Source: Parasitella parasitica NRRL 2501
Taxonomy: Eukaryota; Fungi; Mucoromycota
Reading direction: 5' to 3'
Assembly: GCA_025201805.1 (NCBI GenBank)
Contig: MU619258.1
Location: 209,590 to 273,589 of the forward strand
DNA: 64,000 bases
Below the pieces are notes generated by a model. It worked only from the letters and a program-made list of their open reading frames with translations, did not search any database and was not told the DNA's origin. Each line of letters begins with the position of its first letter. Positions within the stretch are counted from its first letter, which is position 1. The position numbers and the translations under genes are program-made. Shown piece after piece: positions 49,213-62,090 of this stretch.

Positions 49213-52146
49213 ATGGAAGCACACATACTGCAGTACGATTTGCTATGGCTACAGTCGATACCGTCGATTTCCAATTTATACTATTGCAAATATCTGACGG
49301 AAACGCATGTGATTTATTGTCCAGACAAAGATCTGACTATTCGTGCAGTCGCTAAAAGTATATCGCACACTATAAAGCAAGTAAGCAAGAATGGAGGTTG
49401 CTTTTCGCTATCGAATACACGTCCTGACCTTTGTATGTAGAACAGGTCCAAGAAAATCGCGCTGTATTTTGAGAAGCCATGCTCAGAAACCCGAAGAAAC
49501 GCAATTTTTTCCTTTATATTGAAGCAAATACCAGAACTGGCCTGTTTCTGCTTATCTGTGCCATGCTCACCATTGCAATCGAGCTTGCTGTTGGGCTGGG
49601 CTGCTCCGTTACAGGATCAAACGTGGAAAAGGCATTGCGCAGCGCCATACGATTCCAAAGCATTTGACCAGTTCCAACCGCCTACTGTCAAATCAGGCCA
49701 ATCTGAATGCAATGATTTCTCGGCAATGTTTGCAATTTCTGCGTCTATATTCAACAAAGAGGTTACACTAGAGTCTTATATGCCGCAACAACTTGCTGAC
49801 TCGTGTTATATTGTGTAGGCTCTTTTTGTTTATTTCACGAGCAACTTGTTATCATTTGATGCACACCAGACACCGGTTATCTCCGAGAACACTAGACATT
49901 CAATCCAAGGATGGATCGAGACATGCCAACACCAGTTCAAGTACAGTTTGTAAATAGGCCTAGTATCGCCTCCACAGATTAATCAGTATTTCTACATAGA
50001 ACACTTGTGTGGATTATAGACGAAAAAATGCTGTATGGTGATGCGATTTACAATATCAATCAGGACGGGTAAGCATTTTGGACATCGATGTATCAACTAG
50101 AACAAGGGCGGCTGACAGTATCACAGGCGGGCAGCGCTTTTACAAACATATAGAGAGTCGGTGTCAGAAGCAGTTCAAGCGTTCAACGCCAAGATTCCAG
50201 TTTACGTCTACGCAGTCGATTATTTCCACGAAACTGCTTTCGATTTGGTCAATTGCTTACTACAGTAAGTCTCAGATCTAAAGAAGCAAACGCAAACACT
50301 CCTACAACATTAGTTCATGCCACAGCCTACAGCATAGACATAGCCTTTGTATGTCAAAATCTACATTGCTAACTTGGTCTGCCGAAGAAACTAAATCGCT
50401 GGACCAACATGATTTCCTTGGCACAAGTTGCATCTATCTTCAAGAAAAGCCGTTATTCAACGTTGCCAAGTGGAAATATATACAGTAAGCGTATTAGCAA
50501 ATGTTAGAAGAGACGATTGAATGCCAATTTACCTGAAAACTTTAGCCAGTCTTCCAGTCATTCATCTGCAAAGGACAAACTGAAATACGTTACGCCCGAC
50601 ATTTTGTACGTGGAAGTTTACTTTAGACGTTATGCTTTCACCTAATCCACTTGCCTAGACAACTCTACAAAGAAGAATTGGTTGACCTGTACAGGATCCC
50701 ACTGCTACGAAACAAGGATAACGAGCTTCCCTTGACAAAATCAGAGGAAATCTCAGATAACGTTCACCACACCGTATCTGCAAAGGTAAGCAGTAAATAC
50801 ATTTTTGGCTGATCGAAACGACTCGACTAAAAATGGTCCAGACACTGCAAGTTTTTGACAGCTGGGTCGAGTTGGGATTGCAAATAGAATCAGAGCCGAT
50901 TGGTGATGCCGTTGCTAACCCATCTTCTTTCTCTGCCGCTGGTATCGAGCCGTTTACGTCGATAGAAAAATCGACAGAGGAAAGCCTAAACAAAGCCGCT
51001 TTGGAATCTGTCATTCAAGCGTTAACGATGAGAAACGTCAAGGCTTTTATAAGCAATATGGCGTATATTGAGCGCGCCACAAATCTCAAAGATCGAGTAA
51101 CCCATCTTGCTGCTCGTACCGAGGATAATGGCACTGTGCAAATGGCGGCACGTCTGCCTATTGAAAATTCACCCAACTTCACAACTTGCAGCATAACATT
51201 TAGCAAGAAAAACAACGTGTTTCAATTAGACGGTGCTAAATGCTCGTGTCCCATTGGAAACTGGGGAAATTGCAAGCATTGTGCTGCGGTGCTGCTTCAT
51301 GCACTCGATACCAAGCGCATGCAAAATACGGATGTTGATCATAATGGCAGTAGAAATGAGAGCAGTGAGCATAGTCAAAGTGATTCATCACTACTGACTA
51401 AGCGCTCTTACGATACAAGTGAAGACGGCAATACTAGCAGCTCCAACGAGAGCAGAAAAAAGGCCAATTCTAGTATTGAAAGCTACGATTCGGTAAAGGC
51501 TATACGATTTTGTCAACTACCTCAATTATTTGACAATTTGACTAGATATCTACAGTGGGATACGATCCGGACGCAACTTCTCCCCGGCAAGCATCAAATT
51601 CTACAGATGGAGTATGTGTATAGTTGACTAAATCCCAAGAGCATACGTGCTAACATATTGCAATTATCCAGGAAGTAAGTCAGTTCACTTTCAACGCATC
51701 CCAGTCTTCAATATCAACGCCGTCATTACAATCTGTGAAAAGCACCGTGGTTTCTAGCAGCGAAAGATCTTCTTTATCCCAACACACTACTAGCAGTAGT
51801 GCCAGAAGTGTCATGACCTTGCCATCATCATCTTCGCATTCAAATAGTTTGTCTGATAACCAGCAACTCAGAGACTCACTTGGTCAGATAGACGAAGACG
51901 ATGAAGAAGACAAAGAAGAAGAGATCTACATTGAACAAGCAAGTATACACACTATCATTACACATAATACGAGCGCTTATCAATTTTCTGTAGGTCCATT
52001 TCTCGCCGCCGAAAAAGGAGAAAACAGATGATCTTGAAACTAGCAAGACAGAAGACGGACAACAGTTAGCAGATACGCAACCCATAGAAGAAAGTCAGCT
52101 TTTAGCAGATACACAATTCATTGAAGATACAGACAAAGTATTGTAG
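49213..52146 (+). CDS. Multi-exon protein with SWIM zinc finger and acidic TQ/SQ tail
   Basis: CSCPIGNWGNCKH (CxC..CxH) at 51241-51279 followed by CAAVLLH. C-terminal LADTQPIEESQLLADTQFIE. The 5' exon chain is uncertain. Confidence 0.65.
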
Positions 52147-52403
52147 AAAACGAATATTTTTTTTTTAATAAACTCATACCATAAACAAGTCTTTGACATC
52201 AATTATAAATACATACTGTATAACATGATCAAGGATTTGCTCAATACTGTATCACACCTTTTTTCTCATGACCGCATAGAAATTCAAGTCGCAGGTTACG
52301 CAAAATGCATGTCTCTTGATACAGCAGCACCGTGAATTATAGCAGTGAATACAAATATCTTGGGGTGTGTATCAAGGAAGCAGCAGCATAAATACAAGGT
52401 ATA

Positions 52404-52406
<3 letters not shown>

Positions 52407-52436
<30 letters not shown>
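52407..52436. repeat. (TA)15 microsatellite
   Basis: Directly visible. Confidence 0.95.
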
Positions 52437-52439
<3 letters not shown>

Positions 52440-52691
52440 TTTGTGTATGTGTATATATCGTTGTATTGCAAAAGAAGCCTTCTTCAGTAGTTACTGCTGT
52501 ACCTGGAGTCTTCCCACGGAAACGACAACCAGGTCATTCATGACAGGAGAGCATTTTGTAGTAATGCACTTATTTAAATGGTTTAATTGATATGCCGATC
52601 TGCCTGTGTCTATTTAAGGTGAGGAAGGAAAGCGCACATTACATTATCCGTTTTCTATTTCAACTTTCATTTTGACTCTCTACATACATTC

Positions 52692-53722
52692 ATGGCCGCC
52701 ATTACCAAAGCTATTTACCAAGCAAGCGCTGATTATCTGTCAGAAAACCTCCCCAAAGAATTCCACAATGTAGTGCTTGGTGTTATCTGTGGCTCAGGTT
52801 TAGGTGGACTTGTAGAGACCATAGACGCTGATACCAAAGTCGAGTTTCTGTACAAGGATATTCCAGGTTTTGCTATAAGCACAGGTAATAGCGAAAAGGA
52901 AAAAAAAAAAAAAGAGGGGCGCGCGTTTTGCAAAGAGGTTATTAACGCATCAGTTTAGTGGTGGGACATGCTGGTAAGCTTGTATTTGGCCATTTAGGCG
53001 AATCTCGCACTCCCACTGTCTTTATGGTTGGACGATTCCATTTCTACGAAGGACACAGCATGCTCCAATGCACTTTGCCTGTCCGAGTCATGGCTTTGAT
53101 GGGGATCAAGTATCTTATTGTCACAAATGCTTGTGGCGGCCTTCAGCCCCAACACAAGGTGGGTGATTTGATGATCATCAACGACCATTTGTCTCTCCCC
53201 GGCATAGTTGGCAATAACCCGCTTGTTGGCCACAACTTTGATTTCTTTGGCCCTCGTTTTCCTGCAGTCTCGGATGCATACACCTATGCGCTTCGCAAAC
53301 TAGCCTTCAAGGCTGCATTTCAAGTAGGTATTGATCCAGACAACATCCGCGAAGGGGTGTATTGTATGGTCGCTGGCCCTAGCTTTGAGACTCGTGTAGA
53401 AGCTCGCTATTTAGCGTCCATTGGGGCTGACGCTGTTGGTATGTCCACTGTGCCTGAAGTCGTTATTGCTCGTCATGCTGGTATTAAAGTGTTGGGTATT
53501 AGTTTGATCACCAATGACGTTATACGAGCAAGAGGAAAGGATGCCAAACTGGAAGTCATGAGAGAATTGGGTCTCGACGCTAAAGAAGATACCGAGGAAG
53601 ACACTGAAAAGACAATTGCTAATCATGCCGAGGTATTAGAAACTAGCGCTAGAAGATCTGAAGATATGCAGCGCATGGTTACTCGTTTTGCTGATCTGTT
53701 GGCTGCTTCTCCAGTTATTTAG
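52692..53722 (+). CDS. PNP1: Trimeric purine nucleoside phosphorylase; one intron
   Basis: ICGSGLGG, GHAGKLVFG, GRFHFYEG, TNACGG, GPSFET, GMSTVPE and NHAEVL. Confidence 0.95.
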
Positions 53723-54047
53723 TCATTTAGCTTTCGTTTAATTTATAAATACATTATATAGAATACTGATTTTTTCTCTATGCTTGAGTTATTAAAGTGC
53801 TGTGTTATCGAATTGTGCACATGAGAGATAAGCAGATGGTTAATCTGGACCCTTGCGAGTAGTTCTTGTGACCTACGAATTTACTCATCTTAAGACACAA
53901 ACGCAGTGTAATATAGGAAAACAAAGCTTTGCGCAAATCCTTACATGTTTAACGTGGAGATTATATGCATTGATGGAATACTGTTAATTGAATGGGGGGG
54001 GTAAAAATGAGAATATCATAATATTAAAATAGTGCTGTAAGAAAAGT

Positions 54048-55757
54048 CTATACAGTCCTTGCCCAAATGACCATATTCGGATCAGGTCTTAACGTAATTT
54101 GCTGCTTCTTGGAAACCTTGAATCCAGGCTTTTCAAAAAACTGAATATTTCTAATCAAAATAGCTAGCAAGATTTTGAATTCCACCAGAGCAAATTTGTA
54201 GCCAATACATTGACGACCACCAGCCAAGAAAGGCATGTATTGATAGGCGTTACCTAGACGATCACCGTCCCATCGATAAGGATTGAAATCTTCGGCATCA
54301 TCGCCCCAAATATGCTTGCTATGGTGGGTCGCAATAGGTGACAGGAATATCGTCGTGCCCTTTGGTAAGACATAGGATCCGAGGACAACAGGCACGCGAG
54401 TAACACGACTAGTAGTGGGTACTGGCGGAATTAAGCGAAGTGTTTCACGAACAACGTTGTTCAATAAAGGCAAAGTATTGATATCTTCGTAGGACGGTGT
54501 TTCGTCGTCTTGATGGAATAGAGTGCGTACCTCAGTCCTCAAATCGTCTTGAATTTCCTGATTTTGACCCAGCAGCCAAAGGCACCAGCTCAAGCTGACA
54601 CTGGTTGTTTCATGCCTAAAATTACAAGTGATTAGTTTTTTCGAAAAAAAAAGATAGCCAGCAAATTCGTTTTACCCCGCAGCCAAGAAAGTGAGACATT
54701 GGTTCCTAATCTCCTCCAAAGTAAAACCTTTGCCAGTTTCCTCATCAGTGAGATCAATCATGGTAGCCAGCAGATCCTTTGGCTTATCGTCGACGGTTCC
54801 CTTTGTCTTTGCCTCTGCCGCTCTATCAATGCCAGCTTGCACAAGCTTTCTGCTCTCTTCTTCCAACCATCTCAGATCTGTCTTCATCTTGATGTTTCTC
54901 TCTGTAGGCAAATGGCGGAATATAGGAAACATGAATGTCAATACACGCATAAATGTAACCTCGTTGGAGAAGATGTGGAGGTAGGCACGGCTAAGCTTGC
55001 TTTGATTAGGAGTACCCGCATACTCCAAAGACTTGAAATCTTGGCCAAACGCCCATCCAATCACGTCCAGTGTAGCCAAGGATAAACCACTCGAAATCTC
55101 GATCTCGGTGAATTCTTGCCCGTCCTCCGATGTAACCTTGTGGTTTGGTCCTTTGATCATATCAATCCATTGATTGCGAAGTCTGTGGCCGGGTTTAGCC
55201 ATGAGAGGTAGAAGAGAGCGAATGGAATTAACCGAGAATGCAGGATTCAGCATTTTACGTTGGTGGCGATGAGTTTGACCCTCTGCAGTGAGCAACCCAT
55301 CACCCAAGATACGGCGAAGAAATGCGGATGCCTCGGGAGTCTTGATAAAATCATACTCGTTTGACGTCAACACTTGCTTCAAGAGGACGCTGTCTGTAAC
55401 GACAACTCGTGGGATGTTCCAAGGACCATGAAATGAGTAGATTCCTCCATACATGTTTTCCCACTTTTTCAAAGGGACACCGGTTTCCTCTCTAATGATT
55501 TCTGGAAAGTTACCCATGAAGGGTAGCCAGCCTACCTTGGGGCCAGGGATTCGATTAACAGGACTAAGGTATAATCTGTAGAGAACGACTTTGAAGAAAA
55601 AGTAGGCTACGGCAGTGGATACACCCAGCTTGATTGCTAGTTTCCTGACTTGAGGATAATCAAGATGCGTAGGCTCAAGTACATGCTTGGCAACGTACTT
55701 TTGTACAGTCTCTAGCATCAATTGATAATTGTCTTGCACCAGCTTATAGTCGATCAT
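54048..55757 (-). CDS. Cytochrome P450; one intron (~54616-54674)
   Basis: I-helix FLAAG/HET, ExxR (ETLR), FNPYRW and heme motif PFLAGGRQCIG. N-terminal TM anchor plus IPGP hinge. Confidence 0.95.
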
Positions 55758-56280
55758 TTCAGATGTTTATATTTAATCGATCGAAATTATTTTATGAGAA
55801 CAAAAGGGTTTATATTTTAGGAAACCATGCGGATGCTTTTGATATATAAAACGGAGGGAGCTCACACGGTGACTTTTAACTGCTTTAGCGTTCATGAGCA
55901 GACGACTCAATAATTGGCAGGATCCTTGGTCTTGCCGCAAAATCAGTGGAACCGAATCCGCTTTTAGGAAGACACGCCAATTGCATAGCAATGACATACC
56001 TCAATGAATTCCCATTGCACTCTGGTCTCAATATACACTACACCATGAAAGAGATTTGCTCACAGAATAATGTGAGATACCCGCACGAGCAAATGATCTA
56101 CCAAAGTACAGTCTATAGCCCGAGTGTCCTTGACAGGTCTCGCTGTTTTTGACCTCATATAGATATCGAATTGTGGTGCGAGAAATAAGAAAAAGAACCC
56201 CTGGTTTGACTTTTTGTCTCCACATTTCAATTTGCTTGTTAAGAATGAAAATACATAAAATACAAGTTTATTGGAAAAAT

Positions 56281-57222
56281 TTACAATGTTTTGACCTTGC
56301 CACGGAAATCTTCAAGACTCTTGTAACCTTTGGCAATCATGATATCACTTAATTCCTTGGCGATACGAGCAAAGACAGCAGGGCCTTCTTCTTTCAGCAT
56401 CGTGCCAATTTGAACAGCACTGGCACCAGCCAAAACATGAAGGAAAGCCTCTTTACCACTAACAACGCCGCCAACGCCAATGATTTGCTTACCTGGCAAA
56501 CGACGGTAAAAGGCATTGACGTTAGCCAAAGCTGTATTCAATACCATCAAACCACCCAAACCGCCAAAGCCATCCTTGGGCTTAATCAGAGCTTGTTCAG
56601 TTTCAAAGTCAATAGCCAAACCATTACCAACAGAGTTAATACAAGTGACAAAGGCCAAGTTCTCAAACTTGTTAAAGACAGCAGCAGCTTGATCGAAATG
56701 AGCAATATCAAAGTAAGGAGGCAGCTTAATACCGAAAGGCTTTTTGATGATGGGAGCCAAGACACTCAAGGATTTTTCCATGGCTTCGATATCGTAGCCC
56801 ATTTGAGGCTTACCAGGAACATTAGGACAGGAGTAATTAATTTCAAGGACACAAGGCAAATTAGCAGCTACAAAAGCCTCACACATCTTGATGTTGTCAT
56901 CCAAGGATAAGCCTGACAGAGAGATGAACAAGGGCTTTTCGCTGCTGTAATCATACTCCTTGGCGTACTTCAAGTAAAATTCGTAGCCTTCGTTAGGGAG
57001 TCCCATAGAGTTGATACTACCAATTCCTTTTGGCAAAGGGCTATAGCGAGGTGAAGGGTTACCATCACGCTGTGCTACAGTGGCCGATTTGGTGATCAAA
57101 GAGCCAGACTCGCTTTCCTCCATCAACTTCAAATCAGCCACTGTTTGGCAGCAAACACCAGAAGCATTGAAAAGAAGGTTGGGAAGCTTGACGCCTGCAA
57201 GCGTGGTAGAAATATCAGCCAT
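56281..57222 (-). CDS. URA1: Class 1A (cytosolic, fumarate-dependent) dihydroorotate dehydrogenase, intronless
   Basis: NASG, ITKSAT, NSMGLPN, catalytic Cys loop NYSCPNVPGKPQ, KLPPYFD, NSVGNGL and GGLGG. 313 aa with no N-terminal membrane/quinone domain. Confidence 0.93.
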   Translation of the reverse strand: MADISTTLAGVKLPNLLFNASGVCCQTVADLKLMEESESGSLITKSATVAQRDGNPSPRYSPLPKGIGSINSMGLPNEGYEFYLKYAKEYDYSSEKPLFISLSGLSLDDNIKMCEAFVAANLPCVLEINYSCPNVPGKPQMGYDIEAMEKSLSVLAPIIKKPFGIKLPPYFDIAHFDQAAAVFNKFENLAFVTCINSVGNGLAIDFETEQALIKPKDGFGGLGGLMVLNTALANVNAFYRRLPGKQIIGVGGVVSGKEAFLHVLAGASAVQIGTMLKEEGPAVFARIAKELSDIMIAKGYKSLEDFRGKVKTL

Positions 57223-57309
57223 TGTTCAAAAGTTTGTGAAAGGTTTGAAGAGGAACTGTCTATAGGCAATATTTTGATGGCAATTTATACTGGTTTTTTT
57301 TTTTTTTTT

Positions 57310-57319
57310 NNNNNNNNNN
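57310..57319. other. Assembly gap (10 N) after poly-T
   Basis: N run in sequence. Confidence 0.99.
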
Positions 57320-57685
57320 CCCGCTTCAAACTGAAACAGTCCTTTTGAGCCACATCAGCTTCCATACATGCTTTTGAAAGGCCTCATGTACCTCATCTAC
57401 TTGGTTCCATGCCAAAGCCTATATAACGAGCGTCAGGCTTCAGAACCTTGTAATAGAGCTGTTCAGAATACATGAACGTACTCGTTTTCTCCCTGCGTTG
57501 ATTGTGTCACTCAAGATTGATCAAATACCATTTTGCACAACCCAGCTGGTAAGGCTCCATGTGTCTTCTTCAATTCAAGAAAAGATAAAGTTCAAATACG
57601 GTATGTGTAGTAGTATTAAGCATTAAGACAAATATCGTAATTTATTAAGGGTGTATATGTGTATATGCATTACTATTAGGGGCTA

Positions 57686-60027
57686 TTATTTTGAGGATGA
57701 TTTCTTGTCATCCTTGGCATCATTGTAACTGCTAATACTATAGTTACTTGTTTCGAATGGCAAGGGTAACATGAGGGAAGACGAGGAATGGTTCAATGTG
57801 GCTGAAGGTGCAGCAGTGGCATTAGCAGCGGAAGCATCTTGAGCCTCCAACAATGAGTCAAAACCAAGTTCCTTGAATGAAGTCAACATAGAGTTATTAG
57901 ATGTGTGTTGTTGATGGAAGTTTTGAAAGTTGTTGGACACTTCTTCCTTTTGGAAAGTAATTTCTTCGTTGGATTTCTTGACACCAAATTCGCGCATGTC
58001 TTCCTCGCAGGGAGTGGTCATCATGGATTGAGTGTAGCTACGGCGATCTTGCTCCACACGCATGTTTTGAGCTGCATCGCCTCGGCTTTTCTTTGCTGGG
58101 GACAATGGGGGAGGCACGTATTCGTCTTCTTCAAGTTCTTGCTTTCCAAGCGTGTTATTGTTCTTTGAGCTCGCTTGGCTCAATCCTAATTCCTCCAGTT
58201 GCTGTTGCTGTTGTTGCTGGTATTTAGAGGCAGCGGCAGCGGCGGCAATAGCGGCATTATGACTGGCTCTAGGATCATAGTAGTCTTCCGTAGAAGGGAG
58301 CATCTTTTCGTCAGGCATGGTCACTTGAAAAGTATCGCTACTAGCGCTGAAAGAACCTGATCGAGGGTAAGCACCGGTGTTCTTTACCTGGTTGAACTGC
58401 TGATGAGACACTAATGTATTCATGGAGGGAGGTGTGGATGTAACGAAATCATGTTTAGCTGTTTGCATGGCGGGAGGGATGATAGGCAATGGACCAAATT
58501 GGAAAGCACTTGGGGTGTTGGTGTTGGTGGTGGGCGACTTGTTCAATGGATTAGGAGGTTTGTAGGCGTAATCGTTGGATGCTTGAGAATTGCCAAAGAC
58601 AAGAGTGGGTGCGTTACCGGATGCTTGAGAATCTCCATATGAAAGGTTAGGGGCGTGAGGATAGTTGTTTCCAGCAGCGCCAAAGACAAGTGTAGGTGAA
58701 TGAGGGTAAGCATTGTCGTTGCTAAGACCACTGATAAAGGTGATATTGGCGCTCTGCTTGGTCATCATCATATCATCTTCTTCCTCAGGATCTGCTTCCA
58801 CGGCGTTAGTTTGCTTGGGATGGAAAATCAAAATCATACAGAGCCATGTAACGACAGCACACATGTTGACTAAAGCAAATCAATAATATGTTAATGAAGG
58901 GGGGTTCTTTTTTGGCAAAGATTAGCATTAAACATACTGTTACAGATGAAAAAATCAGCAGTAAACTTGTGGAGATTGAGGAATTTGGTTGTAGTCAAGC
59001 CATCAGCACTCAAAGCTGTCAATAAACCACCATGGCCAAACAGAACAGTGGTCAAAACAACATTAATTTCTTGGAAATACTGAACTTTCTGAATAATGGC
59101 TCTTCCATTTGCGTTGTCAGGAGCATTACGAAGCAATTTCTTGAAACGAAAGTGAGAAACAACACCAAGACAGCCTACAGTGAACAATTCTACAATGCCA
59201 AGTTAGGTGTTTGTCGTGTCTGCACTTCTAGCAATCAGTCTTACCAATGCCATATACCATTTGAGGGATGATTTCCTTAAAGGTGGGCTCATAGACATCT
59301 CGGGAGAAGTTGTACTGCAAAATGGGGAAAATAATGAAACTCACAAATGTCCTATGGATGGTGGCGGTTAGATGCGTGTCAAAGGCATAAAAATTGTGTT
59401 ATTATTACCAGCCAATATAGAACATGAACTCTTTACTACTCATAAAGTCTCTTTTGGCAACAGAGTTGGCAAGAAAGTTCCAGAAACATTGAAGAAGTAC
59501 CAAGGTACCTGTTTGCAATGAGAAACCTGTTACCAAGCTGTATTCTGTTCAATTAAACGGGGTTGAGTATATAGACATGAGAATAACGGCCAGCTCCTTG
59601 TTACCTGTGGGTATCACTAGTGCTTTATCTGCCTTAGTCCACAGTTGTTCTGGTTTAGTGATGATACGACCAAGGATGTTTGCAAACCCTTCTTCGTACT
59701 TGATCTTCACCGATGTTATGTCTGATTATAAAGATTTAGCAGGCTGGTACAAGCAGATGAACTCTGTATGCATTACCATAAAACAGCTGAAACGGTATCA
59801 TGAATAGAATCAGAACAGTGACGATACTTTTAAGCTCTCTCTGCTGAAATCTTCTGGGATGCAGACATTGGAATCTATCCAGTGTCCACAATCTGTATGT
59901 ATACCAAACGTATAAATATCCAAATGATACCATTCTCTCTATATATTGATTGTTAATTCGATACTGGGCATGCTGCAAACATCGTTATAAACTTACGTAG
60001 AAAACTGAAATCACTCAAATGTGTCAT
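57686..60027 (-). CDS. Orphan multi-pass (about 7 TM) membrane protein with long disordered C-tail
   Basis: Spliced exons give about 7 hydrophobic segments (FGYLYVWY, IVTVLILFMIPF, GTLVLLQCFWNFL, FYIGWTFVSFIIFP, ELFTVGCLGV, VVLTTVLFGHGG, CAVVTWLCMILIFHPK), then a ~370 aa low-complexity tail. Confidence 0.7.
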
Positions 60028-61443
60028 TTTATTTATTTATTAATTAATGGTATAAAATTTTGAGAAAGCAAAAGGAAGAAAGTGGACCTTTGAAGTAACT
60101 CGTTTCTTGTGTTCTATTTATTTAAAGGGGAAGACAAAAAAAAAACTAGGCTCAAAGGAGGAAAACTGCAGTATAGAAAGACAACGAAAATAAGGGAGCA
60201 AAGAGCATTGGGCATAATGAAAGAGAAAAGGAGTATGTGAGCGTATCGCTGGGATGAGGCGATATTGACAAGACCAAGGGTGTACATGTGTCAGCATATC
60301 TGCTTATTCAAGAGAATTGCAACATGTCTTGTAAGAGACCTTATATAAGTAGTATCATCTCGTCTTCTCTATGATATAAATCATAGCCATCAAGCTTTGC
60401 GGCTTGCAAGAAATTTACATACATACATTTACACACACATAAATGTATGCACAATACACAATGAATATGGTGTTTTCACATGACCCCTTGCTTCCAGATG
60501 CATATCTGGATATTGCCCCTCTGAATATCGTCAATTCTGGATAAGATTTTCAATGATTATATGTGTGATCAATGAAACTGCATGGCGAGGATCATGTAGA
60601 ATCAGGAGCCTCTGTGCGGGGTTGTTGCCGCAAATGGATTCACGTCTGAAATGGATCCAAGATTTGCCACTTGGGAGCTTTTTAGAGCTGATAGAGATAA
60701 ATAAACATCATGTGCAGTTTCGAAAATAGCCTTGAAGATATATACATTATTATGTTATGCGGCAAGAAAACAACAATAACAATAATAAAATAAAAAAGAT
60801 ATATAGTTCATCAAGCATACGCCAGACTAAGCTACCGGCTATTTCATTGTTGGACAGTAAACATATATAAAGTCCTGTGCAGCAACCTCCAAATATGTCT
60901 ACTTTAGCAATGCACGATTTTCCAGGGGAGATTTACTACTGTCTTGCCTGCCAACAAACATGGAAGAGAAATGGCGACTAATGGTAATATAGCAATTGAG
61001 GAGTGGCCAAATCAGGGGGGGGGGGTTGCGGTGGAGACTGAATGTACCTGTATATATTGTGTACAACCACCTACGAATTACTGCCACCAACGTTCGCGGG
61101 AGTCAAAAATGATCCTGTGAGAAACCGATTATTCATTTGGGATAATAAACGAACAGATCACACTCATCGTGCATTTGTTTTTAATCACATACAATGCAAA
61201 TAAAATACAATAATTTACCTCTAATATTACCTAGAAAATACTTTGCAGCTGCAACGTTTCTAGTAAAAAAAATACCAGTTTTCAACGGCCTGGCATTTCT
61301 AGGCGGGCGCTCAACATTTTATTGTATATTATGCAACATTTTTTTCCAGGCTCATGTGATTGAGCTTATATATTAGAATGCAAACGTCTTTATAAAATCA
61401 CACTTTAGACCCCCTTGTTTATTTTTCTACAGAACACTACAAC

Positions 61444-62012
61444 ATGTCTCAATCGACTTCTTCTGTACGAACTGGGTAAGAATAAAGATACGTTGAAACG
61501 AAACAGGGGACTCTTTCTTTGTAAACACTATAGGAGATTGTGATAAACTGACAAACCTATTTTGTTTATAGGCACGAACTCAATGCTAAATCGCTGGAAG
61601 CCTACCTGCAAAAGGCTATTCCGGGATTCGCTACCCCTTTACATATAAGTCAATTCAATCACGGCCAATCTAATCCCACTTATTTGTTAAAGGACGGAAA
61701 GTAAGCGGAAGCCTCCATCAGAATAAGAATAATAACACTAACATGGTCATGCCTACATAGCCAGCAGCAATATGTACTGCGAAAGAAGCCTCCAGGAGCC
61801 TTGATTTCTAAAACAGCCCATGCCGTGGAGCGTGAGTATCGTATTATCCGCGCTCTTGGAGAGAATTCAGATGTTCCCGTGCCTAAAGTATACACATTGT
61901 GTGAAGATGTTGACGTTATTGGTACTCCTTTTTATGTCATGGAATTCCTTAAGGGAAGAATCTTTACCGATGTCAAAATGCTTGAACTCGATTACGAGGA
62001 AAGAAGAAAATG
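61444..62012 (+). CDS. 5' part of an APH/choline-kinase-like phosphotransferase (ACAD10/11 N-terminal type); truncated in this assembly
   Basis: [29 protein letters not shown] and [16 protein letters not shown]. The catalytic HGD motif half is absent. Confidence 0.85.
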
Positions 62013-62090
62013 GTAACTTGTCCAAGCAAGATGAAAAGAAAGAAAAAAAAAAAAAAAAAAAACAGATGTAAAAAAAAAAAAAAAAAAAAG

